The translations under genes and the position numbers were made by a program. DNA of 64,000 nucleotides from NCBI GenBank assembly GCA_011109175.1, contig RDEW01000006.1, forward strand, positions 1,113,989-1,177,988. Reading direction: 5' to 3'. This stretch comes from Dicyema japonicum (Eukaryota > Animalia > Dicyemida). Of the stretch, positions 62,914 to 64,000 are shown piece by piece. The notes below the pieces were generated by a model that worked only from the letters and a program-made list of their open reading frames with translations, ran no database searches and was not told the DNA's origin. Every line of letters starts with the position of its first letter. Positions within the stretch are counted from its first letter, which is position 1.

Positions 62914-64000
62914 TTAATTTTTAAAATTAATATTATTAATCTTATTTAAGTAATAGGACATTTCTACATTAGTATCAAATTTAATGATCTCTAAAACCTC
63001 ATCCAAAAAGTGGGCATATTTCTGTTTGTGTGAATAACCGAAAACCTGTTCTTGACTTGGGTATATTTCCATTTCATTTTCAGTTTTTCCTAACATTGTT
63101 TTGATTTTCCTCCACAAAAAGTTAATAATTTCATTTCCTCCATTTCTTCTTCCTTTGCCTTTGCGTAAGAATCATTGATTATGGAGACAAACATACTCAA
63201 CAGTATAAAGATGCAGATTATTGCGAAGAGGAAGAACCCAGGCAAGGCGAGACGAGAGTTTGCTGTGACTAACTCGGAAAACTTGAACTTTCCTAGTTTT
63301 TAAACAATTCCGATTACCGAGAATCATATTCAGGGAAGATTCCAACGAGTAAAGCAAGGTGGAATAATTTTGAAGATGGGAGTTGAAAGCTAGAAAGAAA
63401 TAGGCACAAAATGCGAAAAATATGATAAAAAACAAAATAGAGAAGAAAACTATTGATTTGGAAGTCTGACGAAGAGATTTGATAAAAATAGTAATAAATG
63501 AGCTCTTTTTAAATAATTTGATAAATTTTATGGTAGAAAAAAAGACATTCAATCCAATCGCCCAAATGAGAAAATCGTTAGCATATGCCAATTTCTAAAG
63601 TCAATAATGGCCAGCACCTGGAAATTCAAATAAACATCTCCCTTCTCTTCATTAAATTTATCAAGCAGGACTTTAGTCTTTATTAGTTTGTAAGCATAAA
63701 ATCCAATAATAATAAATGAAAATGACATTATCATTAATTCTACTAAATTCCAAAATTTTGTAAAATATTGTAATTTTTCGTGGAATAAAGTGAAGAGCTG
63801 TAATGAAAATATAAAATAACTTGAATAATAAAGTGAATAACCACAAATAACACAAAAATGCTTTCAAATACAAATTGTCTAATATTTTCAATGTCCAAAT
63901 AACCTAATAATTTGATTGGATTGACATAAATATATGTACTAATTTGTCCAGCCAAATTCCACTCAAATAATAGGGATGTAAATGCAAAAATATTTATTTC
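62914..64000 (-). CDS. Polycystin-2 (PKD2/TRPP)-like channel, 3' part (runs off the window)
   Basis: NVFFSTIKFIKLF, FFIIFFAFCAYFFLAFN, YSTL..S...MILG|KF.F, IFILLSMFVSIINDSY (the TRPP S6 signature is NMFLAIINDTY). Confidence 0.8.

Overview
AT-rich eukaryotic (animal) DNA from a highly compacted genome. Host genes are split by ultra-short GT-AG introns (mostly 21-27 nt) and packed only tens of bp apart. Gene islands are separated by clusters of decayed and nested transposons. This architecture fits a reduced parasitic metazoan such as a dicyemid or myxozoan; the cilium-linked genes favour a dicyemid (inference only). Host genes recognised after manual splicing: citrate synthase, a cathepsin-L-like pseudogene, VPS37-like, NCS-1-like, a pseudokinase, REXO1-like, UBXN4, a Meis/PKNOX TALE homeobox gene (absent from the ORF track), ANP32, TBC1D8/9, NICN1, EFCAB7, a LEM-domain protein and the 3' part of a PKD2-like channel. 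Mobile DNA: a near-intact RTE LINE plus fragments, Buster-type hAT relics, a DD34E Tc1/IS630 element with TIRs, a Mutator-like foldback MITE with a 9-bp TSD, and CRE-like and R4/Dong-like RLE retroelements. The most striking system is a diverse Ingi/Vingi-like LINE family. Its 5' ends fold into an HDV-like double-pseudoknot ribozyme with compensatory changes between copies. That fold reads in frame into a viral-type 2A ribosome-skipping peptide fused to the APE endonuclease. Short (~260-290 bp) non-autonomous derivatives keep only leader + ribozyme + 3' tail. All RNA folds and splice models were made by eye and need computational and experimental confirmation.
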